NCBI RefSeq assembly: GCF_001194135.2
Contig: NC_069002.1
Location: forward strand, 37,052,886 to 37,116,885
Direction of reading: 5' to 3'
Length of the DNA stretch: 64,000 nucleotides
Origin: Octopus bimaculoides
Taxonomy: Eukaryota
Shown here piece by piece: positions 52,347-64,000 of this stretch (positions within the stretch are counted from its first letter, which is position 1; every line of letters begins with the position of its first letter). Under the pieces are notes generated by a model, which made no database searches, was not told where the DNA came from, and saw only the letters and a program-made list of their open reading frames with translations. The translations under genes were made by a program, and so were the position numbers.

Positions 52347-52838
52347 AGAGAGAGAGAGATTTATATATATATTATCATATATCTATGATATATGATTTTT
52401 GATATTAAGTTTTTATTATAACTTGTCATATATCGCCATATGTCTATGGTACTTATTATGACATGTCATATATCGTTATATATTTATGACATTTATTATG
52501 ACATGTCATACATACCTACAACATATAAGCATTTATTACGACATGTCATATATGTCATCATATATCTATAACATACAATTTGTGATGTTTAAGTGTTTCT
52601 TGTGAGATGTCATATATATATCATCCATTCTCTTCTTTCAGATTGCTGTAAATTACTGACTTGTGGCTGGAATGGTTATGGTCAATTGGGTCTGGGAGAT
52701 TGTTATAACAGAGACTGTCTCACTTATGTACAAGATCAACATCTTCCTTCCTTAAAATGCCAGCCAGAGCAGCTTGATATTTACTGTGGCAGCTGGAACA
52801 CCATCTTAGTTCTACAGAAAACAGAAACCAAAACTTAA
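47246..52838 (+). CDS. RCCD1: RCC1 domain-containing protein 1, ~372 aa, 6 coding exons plus a non-coding exon ending at 45595
   Basis: Exons 47246-47408, 47686-47925, 48740-48905, 50060-50184, 50642-50869 and 52642-52838 total 1119 nt in phase. RCC1 repeats include VACGVDH, GQTGHG, GDLYMWGWNECGQLG, CGARHT, GWNGYGQLG and CGSWNT. Confidence 0.9.
48063..48200. mobile_element. Deleted mariner-like element end
   Basis: TACGGGGTTGCTGGAAAGTTCC resembles the TIR at 9654 and is followed by sequence resembling a mariner transposase 3' end. Confidence 0.5.
48200..48420 (-). mobile_element. RTE-clade LINE AP-endonuclease fragment
   Basis: Translation reads FRVGTVNVGTLNARSSEILEMLERRRIDVCCIQEVRWRG. Confidence 0.85.
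49638..49982. mobile_element. MITE with ~90-100 bp TIRs
   Basis: TGTACTGACAAGTAATATTTGTAGCC...GAGGACATCTC is mirrored by GAGATGTCCTC...TATTACTTGTCAATACA. Confidence 0.8.
50330..50515 (-). mobile_element. R4/Dong-clade RT C-terminal fragment
   Basis: Translation reads ARLYLPRKEGGRGLISVEDCVE. Confidence 0.8.
51738..51803 (+). ncRNA. Type I hammerhead ribozyme-like fold with G12A substitution
   Basis: Stem I is TATAGTGT/ACTCTATG. The core CTGATGA lies at 51746-51752, stem II is closed by G-C and C-G, AAAA replaces GAAA, stem III is ACC/GGT and the cleavage triplet is GUA. Confidence 0.6.
51938..52260 (+). mobile_element. tRNA-derived SINE with CORE/Meta-like central domain and intact A/B boxes
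   Basis: A box TGGCTCAGTGG, B box GTTCGAATCC, then TTCTTGAGCAAGACACTTTATTTCACGTTGCTCCAG, ending in (TA)n. Confidence 0.8.
52413..52570. repeat. 40-bp minisatellite (4 units) with palindromic ATGACATGTCAT core
   Basis: TTATTATGACATGTCATA variants occur at ~52413, 52453, 52493 and 52533. Confidence 0.75.
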
Positions 52839-53307
52839 ACCTAATTCTTTCAATTAAAATCTTGTTTTGTTCATTGGTTTTGATATTTGTTTTCTGGGTT
52901 CAAATTCCTCTTTAGGTCACCTTTCTTTTTTCATCCTTCCAGAGTCCATAAAGTAAGTACCGGTCAATTTTCTGACCTTATAGATCAGACAAGAGTATGT
53001 TGCGGTAGAGTTTTCTACAGCTGGATGCCTTCCCTGATGTCAGTCCTGTTTTGTTTCCAAGTAAAGTAATAAATCTATTGAACAACAAACAGCCGGGAGA
53101 ACTGGAAATAAATGATGCTGTCTAAATGAACCTTTTGTGTACAAAGATTGTGCAACAAATTAAGATATGTCTAGAAGTCTGAGCATGTTTTTTCAGTGAG
53201 CTGCAGGCAACACTGTTTGACAATGTCAACAAACCAATATTTAGAATCGGTGAAGGGGGTGAGCTGCCAGAATCGTTAGCACACTGAGCAAAAACATTGA
53301 AGCAGAT

Positions 53308-53410
53308 TTTAAACCACACCTAGTGTCTCCAAGTAATCTTCAGGCTCTGGGTACATGGTCATATGCCCCAGAGCCTGGAGATTGCTTGGAGACACTAGGT
53401 GTGGTTTAAA
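53308..53410. repeat. 103-bp near-perfect hairpin
   Basis: TTTAAACCACACCTAGTGTCTCCAAGTAATCTTCAGGCTCTGGG pairs with CCCAGAGCCTGGAGATTGCTTGGAGACACTAGGTGTGGTTTAAA (2 G-U pairs, ~15-nt loop). Confidence 0.85.
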
Positions 53411-53780
53411 TACTGCATAGATAATCCTTTTTACAATAGGCACAAGGTCTGAAATTTGGTGGAGGGGGATAATTGATTACATTGATCCTGTTGTTTTACT
53501 GGTACTTGATTTATCAACCCCAAAAGGATGAAAGGCAAAGTTGACCTCAGTGGAATTTGAACTCACAACATTGCGAGAGGTGAAATACTGCTAAGCATTT
53601 TGTCCAGCATGCTAACGATTCTGCCAGCTCACTGCCTTACACCTGCATAGGTAATATCTTCAAGCAAGGTATGAAACTTTTAATAGGACATAACTATATA
53701 CTGGTGCATTAAACAATATTTATCTCTCACCAGATGGAGTACTTTTTTTGTTGATCTTACCTTGATGGAAAAGTAAACTA

Positions 53781-53814
<34 letters not shown>

Positions 53815-53824
53815 NNNNNNNNNN

Positions 53825-53873
<49 letters not shown>

Positions 53874-54169
53874 GAGAGAGGGAGGGGTATGAGGAGTTTT
53901 CTTCAGGGTGACTCAAACTTATAGGTATGTGCTGTGAGTGCTCAAATAAGCGTGCCACCAAAGTTTTAGTTTGAACAGCCGTTGAAGTTAGGGTTATGTG
54001 ATTGTCTTGTTCAAAATGGCTAAAAGTGGCTCCCCTTTGAGTCAGTAGGTGTAGGTTAAAGTGGTAAGGAAAGGCAAACAATTAGGCAAGACATGACAAG
54101 GACTTTCAATTTCATTAATTCAATCTAAATTTGGCTGCATAACGAATGGTAAAAAATAGTAACAAATAG

Positions 54170-54400
54170 TCTCTAATACCTGTTTCTGAGATATCCAAGC
54201 TATTGGTGCATCATATCAAGTGAAGACTGTAAGTTGGGTATTCCGTCTTAGGAGAGATAAAGTTTTAGCATCCAGTTGTTAGGTGTTTCAAGATATTTAG
54301 CCAGTCCAATTGTAGTGGTTTTGTAAGAGATTTCAACTTGGATTTGTTAAGCTATAATATACTTGCTAGAATATTATGGTTGCAAATCAAAATACTGAGT
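54170..54400 (-). mobile_element. Degenerate R4/Dong-like fragment
   Basis: Translation QVEISYKTTTIGLAKYLETPNNWMLKL resembles the region after the GGRGL motif. Confidence 0.5.
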
Positions 54401-55369
54401 CGTTGCCAACAATTAATTGTTTATAGAATATTACACAGAGCTTAATATTTTGGGAAAAAAATTAAATTAAAATTAATATTTTAAAATGTCTACAAGAAGT
54501 AATCAGAAAATTTGTCTGCATTGCAAGATCATTAAAAATTTTTTTCCTCCATTTCTTTTTTGGAAAACAATTACGAAAAATTAATAAACTAAAAGAAACC
54601 TTTTTTTTTTTTCCTTTTTCTTATAAGAGAAAAATCACATTTTAACATGAAGACAAAATGCAGTCATGGCTGTGTGGTAAGAAGCTTGCTTCTCAATCAC
54701 ATGGTTCTAGATTCAGTCCCTCCGCATGGCACCTTGGGCAAATGTCTTCTACTATAGCCTCAGGCCAACCAAAGCCTTGTGGGTGAATTTGGTAGATGGA
54801 AGCTGAAAATAAGCCTGTCGTGTGTGTCTTTATGACTATGTTTGTCTCCCACCACCATTTGACAACTAGTGTTGGTATGTTTACATCCCATAACTTAACA
54901 GTTAGGCAAAAGAGATCAATAAAATAAGTACCAGGCTTTAAAAAAAAGTACTGTGGTGGATTCATTCAACTAAAAGACAAAAGATGAAAGCATTTTGCTT
55001 TAGTGTATTCCTCGTGGTAGTTGTCAACTTATGTTTAAAAATGAAGACAATTGAGAAAACTTTAGAAAGAAAGTAGATGTTCTTCCCTTCGTTTTCTCAC
55101 AATTTACAAAAATAAAAATGCTAATGCTTTTGTATTGTTCTTTTTTCTTTATTGGAAGTTGGGTTTTTTTTTTTATTAAAAAATGTGAAAAAAAAAAGAA
55201 GAAATATTTTAAATAATTCTAGAGTGAAAATTCTCCCTGATAAAATGAGTGTTATTGATTGAAAAGAGATGTTATTTTGCCATCAAACCAAACTAGAAGT
55301 CTGGCAAATGAAATAGAAACAATAATAATAATAATAATAATAACGATGATGATGATGATGCAGTACCAG

Positions 55370-55865
55370 GCAGTGGCTTTCAATGCCCTGATGCAGCACC
55401 AGGCAGTGGCTCTCATGGCTTCTCATCTTAACTGATTGGAAGTGTTATCATGTACATTGTTTTGTCTTGGTATAAAAGATGGGCTACAGCAAATATTCTA
55501 CTCAATACCATGGATTTGTTTGTCAGTTGTTTGACCTTAACTAGATGAGCATGTCCCTTGGTGGCTGATGATATGTGCATCTCTGATCAGGAGCAGAAGT
55601 AGTGGGGGAGCATCAGAGCCATGTGTTGAGAGGAATTCTTTGGGGTTTGGATAATTAACCTTTGGAAACATGGGTGATTCGTTCAACATCCTTAAACAAC
55701 CCTTATTCACTGATCTTTTGAGTTGGATGGGCTACTCAACCTGAAAAAAAATTCTAACTGCATCCCACATGCAAGGTCATGCACTGTTTATCTCGATATG
55801 AGATCACCATGTTGTGCACATATGGTTGTGATGCATGTGCCTGGTGTACCCTTATCAGACGGGTT
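55370..55865 (+). mobile_element. Abundant non-coding interspersed repeat starting after (TAA)n
   Basis: The head ATGCCCTGATGCAG recurs at ~38467 (+) and ~48630 (-). An internal part recurs inside the MITEs at 2360 and 42688. Confidence 0.7.
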
Positions 55866-55899
55866 TCCTTGTACGTGTGATTTTGACTTCTTGTAATGG

Positions 55900-56700
55900 T
55901 GTTGGAACCTGAAAAGTGTCATATAGCCAATCCATCGGTATTTCCGCTCTTGTTGGCTCCTTTTCTATGACTCTTTCCCTTAGCTGATTTCTAGGTCTCC
56001 TTTTCATTCCATTTCCGTTTCTTACATCATTCTTCCTATGTGTGTTATAAGTTCTCCTTCTTCCCAGGATTGCGTACCATTTTCATACATTCTTACATAT
56101 ACCTGATCACTGATTTTAAAGAATTTTGACAAGTCTTTCTGGCACGTATTTTTTTCTTTACTGGTAATAGTTTATCAAATACTGACTTCACCTTTCTGGC
56201 AAACATTAGTTCTGCTGATGAACTTCCTTCTGGCGCATTTGGGTTCGGAGTTACCTTGTATACCTTTAAGAATTGTTGGATTGTGACATCATCCGTGGCT
56301 TCCTTTTTAGCTTTCTTTAAAGCTCTCTTAAAAATGTCCACAAACCGTTCGGCCCTTCTATTTGATCTAGGGTGATATGGTGCTATAGTTTTATATTTTA
56401 ATGTGAACATCTCGCAGAATCTTTTAAACTCACAGGATACAAACTGTGTTCCGTTATCAGAGACAATTATATCTGATACACCAAATCTTGCAAACAGCTC
56501 ATTTAGAAAGTTTATTACTGTATATGAGGTTGGTTGTTTACGCCTTGCGACCTCAGGCCATTTTGTGTAGCTGTCCACTACTATTAAGTAATAATATCCA
56601 TTTACAGGGCCTGAAAAATCAATATGCAATCGGGACCATGGTATTTTCACTTCCAGCTAAAGTTCACATTTTGTAGCCTACGACCAGCACACATCCTCTG
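55900..56700 (-). mobile_element. Gypsy-type LTR retrotransposon integrase fragment
   Basis: ORF 56093-56650 has PWSRLHIDFSGP...VDSYTKWPE...VSDNGTQF...YHPRSNRRAERFV, a DDE rve integrase core. No LTR was recognised. Confidence 0.9.
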
Positions 56701-57605
56701 CAGTCTTTTACCAGGTTTGGTCATGTGGCGAGAATGGATGAGGATAGCTGTGTGAAAAAGTGCCACACCCTAGCGGTTGAGGGAACCTGTGGAAGAGGAA
56801 GACCTGGGATGAAGTGGTGAAGCACGACCTTTGAAAATTAGGCCTCACCGAGGCAATGACTAGTGACTGAGACCTTTGGAAATATGCTGTGCATGAGAAA
56901 ACCTGGCAAGCCAAGTGAGACCAAAATCCAAGGCCTCTGCCAGGGATGTAGCCAGCCCACTTATGCATACCTTTCCTTTATTGGACACTAAACTCTGCTT
57001 GCAAAGACTTGTTGAGGCAAGTGAAATCGAAATCAAACCAAATTCGACAACTGGTACCCATGCCAACCTCTCCTTCATTCGACACTAAACTTTGCTTGCA
57101 AACATCTGTTGAGGCAAGTGAAATTGAAATCATAATTGCACCAAATTTGTTGACTGGCACCTGTGCCTAGTGGAGTGCTAACAGCACCATCCGAGCGTGA
57201 TCATTGCCAGAGCAGCTGTCTGGCTTCCATGCCGGTGGCACATAAATAGCACCATTTGAGCATGACCATTGTCAGCGTCGCCTTACTGGTACTTGTACGG
57301 TGGCATGTGAAATAACATTTGAGTGAGGTCGTTGCCAGTGCTGCTGGACTGGCTCCTGTGCAGGTGGCAATGAAAAAAAACACCATTTTGAGCATGGCCG
57401 TTGCCAGTACTGCCCGACTGGCCCTTGTGCTGGTGGCACATGAAAGCACCCACTACACTCTCAGAGTGGTTGGCGTTAGGAAGGGCATCCAGCTGTAGAA
57501 ACTCTGCCAGATCAGATTGGAGCCTGGTGCAGCCATCTGGTTCACCAGTCCTAAGTCAAATCGTCCAACCCATGCTAGCATGGAAAGTGGACGTTAAATG
57601 ATGAT
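56700..57605 (+). mobile_element. RTE-family LINE 3' end and UTR with internal tandem subrepeats
   Basis: The ORF end GRGRPGMKW... is followed by a ~96-bp duplication, GGTGGCAC subrepeats and the tail GAAGGGCATCCAGCTGTAGAAAC...CCAACCCATGCTAGCATGG...TTAAATGATGATG. This tail recurs in over ten copies, e.g. ~2160, 5510, 25000, 43400, 46370, 50190, 57930, 59260 and 60000. Confidence 0.75.
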
Positions 57606-57684
57606 GGTGATATATATATATATATATATACATATGTATCCATATATATATACATATATATGTATACATATATACATACGTATG

Positions 57685-57730
<46 letters not shown>

Positions 57731-57863
57731 TATACATTTTTATATATACATACATATATATATATACATATATATATATATACATATATACATACATATA
57801 TATATATATACATACATATATATATATATACATACATACACACACACATATATNNNNNNNNNN

Positions 57864-57896
<33 letters not shown>

Positions 57897-57925
57897 CATA
57901 TGCATGTATACATATATACATCATC
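57606..57925. repeat. (TA/CA)n microsatellite with assembly gap
   Basis: Directly visible. Similar tracts lie at ~44690-44930, 49240-49440, 52265-52345 and 53785-53870. Confidence 0.9.
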
Positions 57926-58093
57926 ATCGTCGTCGTCATTTAATGTCCGCCTTCCATGCTAGCATGGGTTGGACGGTTTGACTGAGGACTGGTGAGCAAG
58001 AAGGCTGCACCAGGCTCCAATGTAATCTGGCAAAGTTTCTACAGCTGGAAAATGGTATGGCAAAGGAATAAATGATCATCTTCTGAACTTCAT

Positions 58094-60514
58094 TGGCTTA
58101 CAGCTGTTTCTGTTTCATATTTCAGGCACACAACTGCAAGTCCATTGCATCTTTTCGCAGAAAAAGCTGTAAACAAATGAAGTTCATAAGATAATCCTTT
58201 ATTCTTTTGCCATCTCATTTTCTCATTACTGCTCTGTACTTGACTATTGCCCTATTCTGAAGCATGTTATAATAAGTTCTACACCAGGATATTACTCATA
58301 ATGCCTAAGTGAAATATTAAAATATAGTTCACACACACAATGTTTGTATAGCTAACATATTAATACTTCTTACTCTTTCACAAACACCAGCACCTTGTAC
58401 TCATCAGATCTTAATGTCTTATAATTCATATTGAATTCTTCCAAAATTATGCCAAATCTACAATCTGACCAAGAATAATATTTACAATATTAAATTAATG
58501 ATAATTGCCAGCATATCTGTGGTTGAATAATCTACATCAGTATTTCTAAAGGTGGGGGTTACTTCAGAATATGGAATATGTATCCAAGTAACAAGTGAAT
58601 AAAACTTGTGTGTATATGCATATATCTACATAAATATATATAATCACTTAACATCTGTTTGCCATGCTGGTATGGAGTAGACAGTTTGACACAAGTTGTG
58701 CTAAGCTCTCTTGTCTGATTTGGAATAATTTCTATGAATGGACACCCTTCCTAATGCCAACTGTTAAACAGTTAAACAAAATGTGCACATTTTGTTTTTT
58801 GTAGCACCAGCACTGGTTGGGTCACCAAGTAACTTGCAAGACAAGACAAAGTCCCCTCAACTGGGGGGGGGGGGAGTAGTAGTATTAAGGGAAGTGGCTT
58901 TGTGTTAGTTGAGAGATTAAAAGAATAATAGAGGGGTAGAGATAGATGTGTTGCTGTAGAGATCCAAGGAAACTCAATTGCAGAAGAAAGGAGAGAGTAA
59001 GAGATGGTGGTGGATATGACAGGGTACATCCTCAAAATACAGGGAGAAATTAAATATAGGTGAAGTGGTACAGAGGATTACACAGGGTGATGTGTGTGTG
59101 TGCGTGTATTTATTGAAATTGATATCCATGAACACATATATACTCACAATTTATGAATTATTTTATTAGTTTGTATTATCACAACAATCTGTTGAACAAG
59201 TATGTGAAATTCTGAGTAAGTTTATGAAGTTTTCTTAGCTTCAATAAAACGACCATACCGGTGCTACATAAAAGCACCCAGTACACTCTGTAAAGTGGTT
59301 GGCATTATGAAGGGCATCCAGCTGTAGAAACCATGCCACAACAGACAAATCGAGCCTGGGGAGCCCAACTTCAATCAAACTGTTCAACCCATGCCAGGCA
59401 TGGAGAACAGATGTTAAAAGATGATGATGATGATTAGCTTGTCCATATATGGTGTGATGCATGATTAACTGGAAAACTGAAGTTGGGTGTGGAACAAAAA
59501 TAATTGAGAAAGACTAATCTACAGAATCTTCTTGAGAAGGGTAAGCAGGATTGGTTTCTCTCCTTACTGCTCAGGTCATTTCTTATTCTAAACAGCCAAG
59601 TGAACGGAGTTACAGAGATGTAATTTCAAGGCCTTGCTCAGAAACCATCAAAATGCCAGCAATATATTTTAACCTTCTTGATACTGACCAGCCTGAGGCC
59701 GCCCTTGGTTCTACAATACAAACTTCCTGATGTAAATTTATCTCAAATGAAAACCTTTTATCAGAATTCCCTGTTCCAAACACTAGCTTAATAATAAAGG
59801 CATTCTACGAAATTCTTCATTTTTAAAAGTAATTGTAAAAACAGTATAAACTAACAAATAATGAAGGCCAATCTCAAAATGCTGAACCTTGTGAAGATGG
59901 CAGGAGACCAAGATATGTGGCGCATTGCTGTACTCTAAAAGACCCACCCACCAAAACAATTGAGATCCTAAAACAGAGGTGCCTCCTCATAAAAAGCACT
60001 GATGTGAGTGCCGATTCCACATAGAAAGCACTGGTGCCACATAAAGAGCACGTAGTACAGTCTGTAAAGTGGTTGACATTAAGAAGGGCAGCCAGCCATA
60101 GAAATCAAGCCAAAACTGATTACAGAACCTGCTGCAGCCCCTGGCCTTGCCAATTCCTGTTAAGCTGTCCAACCCATGCCAGCATGGAAAAATGAGACAT
60201 CATTCATCATCAGGTAGGTTGCTCCACTAAAAAAAAATTCTATGTAATTTTTCAGCAGGCATGCCATTCAGAAAGTCCCATGTGTAGCAGTTTGCCTTGG
60301 ACAGATAAAAATAATACAAAAGTCATGGCTTGACTGAGACTTAAAAATGTAACTGAAAAGGCTTCCATATTTAACTGAAGCTAGCTAAACCCTAATCAGT
60401 AAGACATAGTTTACAATCAGCAATAAGACAGGTTTTGTTACACATGGGATAAATTACACAGGTAATGATGACTCAGACTTGGTAAAAAAATTTTTAACAT
60501 GCAGTGATAGCCAC

Positions 60515-60574
<60 letters not shown>

Positions 60575-62629
60575 GGAGACAAGGCTCACCTAGTTCTGAA
60601 ACATGACAAGCTATCTCAACTTTCAAATCATTTTAATGTCTGCTCAGCCATTCTTGCATGGGTCAGATGGAAAATTCATTGAGGTAGATTTTTTCTATGG
60701 CCAGATGCCCCTCCTATTGCCAATCCTTGCCGGTTTCCAAGCAAGTTAATATTTCCCCGTGGCTAAAGCTGAACATGTCTCATGGGACAGTCAGACTCAT
60801 TTACAACCATTACACAATGTCAAAACAAGACACAAACTCATATATGCACACACACACACACACAATAGGCTGCTTTCAGATTCTGTCTTCCAAATGCACC
60901 CACAAGGCTTTGGCCAGCCTGAGGCTATAGCAGTGGGACTGAAGCCAAAACCATATGTTTGACAAGTAAACTTCTCAACCACGCAGCTCTGCCTGCACCA
61001 ATGCATGGGTTTTTGCTTTCACTTATTTGAAACTCCTTCCATGTGTTTCCAATTATTTCTTTGGAGTAAATCTCTATTGGACCCATTCAAAAATAATGTT
61101 TACAGCAACAAAATATAAAATTTAAAAAATAATAATAATAATAATAATAATAATAAAGAATGAGATGTAGTATAAATTCCAAAACCTTAACTTATATAAA
61201 ATCTAGAAAAAAACTCAAAAGTGTTTGCTCTGATGAGAAAAATCAGAGGAGATTTTTTAAACAAATAAATACACAAGGATTAGATCTAAACAGCAATTTG
61301 TGATTGAGAAAAACTGATGAAAGATTATAGCACCATGTGTGACCTAAATGGGATATTGGATAAGTAGGAAGGGAGTAAAAATAAAATCAATAAGAGACAG
61401 ATAACAAAAAAAAGTTTCCAAATTACATTTGCTGTTAAACACTGAATGTGGGTTTTTTAAGCTTTTCGAGGAAACTTTCTTCATTGAAAAGGAAACTGAA
61501 CAAGCCTCAAACTAGAGGAGTGCCTAGAAATATCCAGAAACTCTCCTTCAGGCCACACCCTACTGCCTTCAAAGGAAGGACACACTGGATAATGTAATCC
61601 TAGATATTGTGTGAAAATAAAACTGGATGGTCACAGCTGGATTGCTTGAAATAACAGAGCAACTCAATCAGGACTGACCAAGAGTTAAACAACCAACCAA
61701 CAGGTCCAGTTGAACATTGATGGTCAAAACAACCGGAATTAGAAAACAAATCTCAAGGTGAGATATAGTAATTGTATTAAGAGTAACACATAACTCAATG
61801 TGTCAAACAAATCAGTGAAGGTAGAATGTGATTAACACAAATTTACATGTTCAGAAAATTTTTGCCTAAAATGTTCTGTGCAAATTGTATTGAAATAAGT
61901 ACAAAATTTAAGGTCTGTTTTTCAATTCACATGTTTATGCAAAAAATATTCACCTTTTATCAAGCAGGACCCCCACCCCTTCTCTTCCTCCAACAAGTAG
62001 AACTCTTTACATGTTACATCCAGTCCAGTAGGCCTGGTATGCAATAAAAAAGAAAGAAATTTACAGACACAAGGCCTCGGATTTATAAGTTAGATATTGT
62101 AATATTCACGCCCATCTGAAGGGTGTTAGCAGCAGCATGAAGTGAAATGACCTCCACCCAACTGGGAATTGAAACCAGGTTGCAGACTCAGCTTGCAAGG
62201 AGATTATTTACTTACACTAATCAACTGTACATGTCTGAAAGACTGAAAAAAACAAAAAACAAAAAAGAAGTCAAATCAAATAAACTCAAGCCAAACCCTT
62301 ATTCATTTCCTGCCTTGGATTCATTTCATATTAAAACATCCAAATGTGTAAACCAACAATTTTTTGTTTTTGTAGTTTTTTTTTTTTTTTTTTTTTTGTC
62401 AACTGGCATAAGTCTATCTAGTCGTAAAGAATTTGTAAGAGAATGTCTGCAGCAGCATTACTGAGTTGTCTATAAATTAGACACGAGCACACACAAAGTG
62501 TCTTATATAATGATGGGATAGAGTTTTATTTGTAGTGTGATTGTGGGTACACTCCTTAATAAATGCTCTCATTCCAGTCCTAGTTACTTACATCTAAAAC
62601 GTTTGATCATTATAAGACACCCTGCGTGA

Positions 62630-62663
<34 letters not shown>

Positions 62664-63824
62664 GTATGTATATATTTTTTTAATGTTTGTCTTTATGTTC
62701 AGTTATAATCCTTTCTCTTATAGGAACAAGGCCTGGAATTTGTGGGGAGGGGGATAGTTGACCACATCAACCCCAGTGCTTGACTGGTACTTAATCTATT
62801 GACCCTGAAGGGATGAAAGGCAAAGTTGACCTTGGCAGAATTTGATCTCAGAACATGCAGACAGATGAAATACTGCTCAGCATTTTGTCTGGCGTGCTCA
62901 TAATTCTGCCAGCTCACCGCCCTAAGGTTCAGTTATAATAAAAACAGTTTTACATTAATCCGATGGGTTACTCTATACTCTTGTAGAGGACTAATTTATT
63001 ATTCTTATACAAGGATGTTGTTGACAATGACTTTGAAGTTTCAGCCAGCCAAGTCATCGTTTACCACCCCCACTCAAACCCACACACCCAAAGATGATCT
63101 TTAACTCAACAGAGGCAAAACTAATCCTAAAGCATTGCAGTCCAACAATGGTTTAGATGGCCAAAACTTCGAAGTCACTATCAACAACATTCTTGTATAA
63201 GAATTTTTAAAATGTGTGTGTTTGAGAGATGTAATTTATCAAAATTACAAAGTGTTATAAACACGAGGATTTGAGATAGCACTGAATGGACTAAAAAATG
63301 CTGACATCCTGCTAAATAAGAAATATACCACATTAGAAAACTTGGCCAATGGTACAAGGAAAGGGTTTATCCATTAGCTCAAGCTTTTCATAGGACCAGA
63401 GGATGAGCAGAAATCAAACCTAATTTTAGAGTAGTGAATGATATGTGATTGTATATATATATGGGAATATGTAACATGCATACATGTGCACAAGCCAAAT
63501 CCATGCATGTAAACATTTGATAGACATGTACACCACATGTGATGCATAAGTATCGAGAAAGACAAATAGAGTGTGAATTCACATATAGGGTGTAACTAGT
63601 TTATATTGTGTAAGTATGTGTGTACTTTAAAAACGGTTTTACTTTGCAATTACAGAACATTTTTTACAACCTATAAACTTGAAAATTCCATCTATAAATG
63701 TGTTACAGGAATTTACCGTTTTGCTTTTCCAAAAACCCCAAGTTACATAATGATAATTTGTAGCAATATATATTAACTTGGCAGGAAATTTTGTTTCCTT
63801 ATTTTGTTTTCTGATCAACAATCT
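58094..63824 (-). other. Candidate spliced transcript of unknown coding status
   Basis: Exon-like segments with splice signals lie at 63824-63717, 62242-62216, 62033-61954, 60595-60590, 58464-58374 and 58165-58094. Several are individually open, but no single consistent ORF or recognisable family was found. Confidence 0.3.
63001..63203. mobile_element. MITE with ~41-bp TIRs
   Basis: ATTCTTATACAAGGATGTTGTTGACAATGACTTTGAAGTTT is mirrored by AAACTTCGAAGTCACTATCAACAACATTCTTGTATAAGAAT. Confidence 0.7.
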
Positions 63825-64000
63825 CTTATTTGAAAAAATAAAATAAATAAAAGCAAAAAATAAAAGCAAGAGATAAACAAGAGCAAGAGATAATTGTTAT
63901 TTTTTCATTTTTTTTTTTCAAGTTTCTGAAATAAAACAACAGATTGGTTAGATTTTGTAGAATAAAATGTAACCAAATGAATGAAAGCCATGTTAAGCTA

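Noticed and set aside
53680-54081. 133-aa minus-strand ORF
   Set aside because: It runs into TA repeats and a gap, has no recognisable domain and no convincing splice context.
56960-57170. Novel ~96-bp tandem duplication
   Set aside because: It lies within the RTE-family 3' region, which is rich in subrepeats, so it was not treated as a separate structure.
58083-58135. Minus-strand minimal hammerhead (GAAACAGCTGTA)
   Set aside because: The core and stems I and II are broken. The region is better explained as an exon-like segment or chance.

Overview
This is AT-rich eukaryotic genomic DNA, most likely an octopus scaffold (inferred from its SINE/LINE families, dense TA/CA/TAA microsatellites and short N gaps). 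Five intron-rich genes were reconstructed by hand with consistent splice phases: the 3' part of SNRNP27 (+), an RNF4-like SUMO-targeted RING E3 ligase (-, 11 small coding exons, ~206 aa), RNF103 (+, ~723 aa), PSMD4/Rpn10 (-, ~404 aa) and RCCD1 (+, ~372 aa). PSMD4 and RCCD1 are head-to-head. An unresolved set of minus-strand exon-like segments lies at 58-64 kb. Introns carry tRNA-derived SINEs, RTE/Tx1/R4/RLE-type LINE fragments, mariner and Gypsy remnants and several hairpin MITEs. The most notable observations are the RNF4-like N-terminus, built from tandemly duplicated frame-neutral two-exon modules, a near-complete type I hammerhead ribozyme fold with a G12A change in an RCCD1 intron, an 85-bp MITE with a perfect 8-bp TSD, and long intronic hairpins beside exons. 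No CRISPR array, rRNA or true tRNA gene was found, and no novel multi-gene system can be claimed with confidence.
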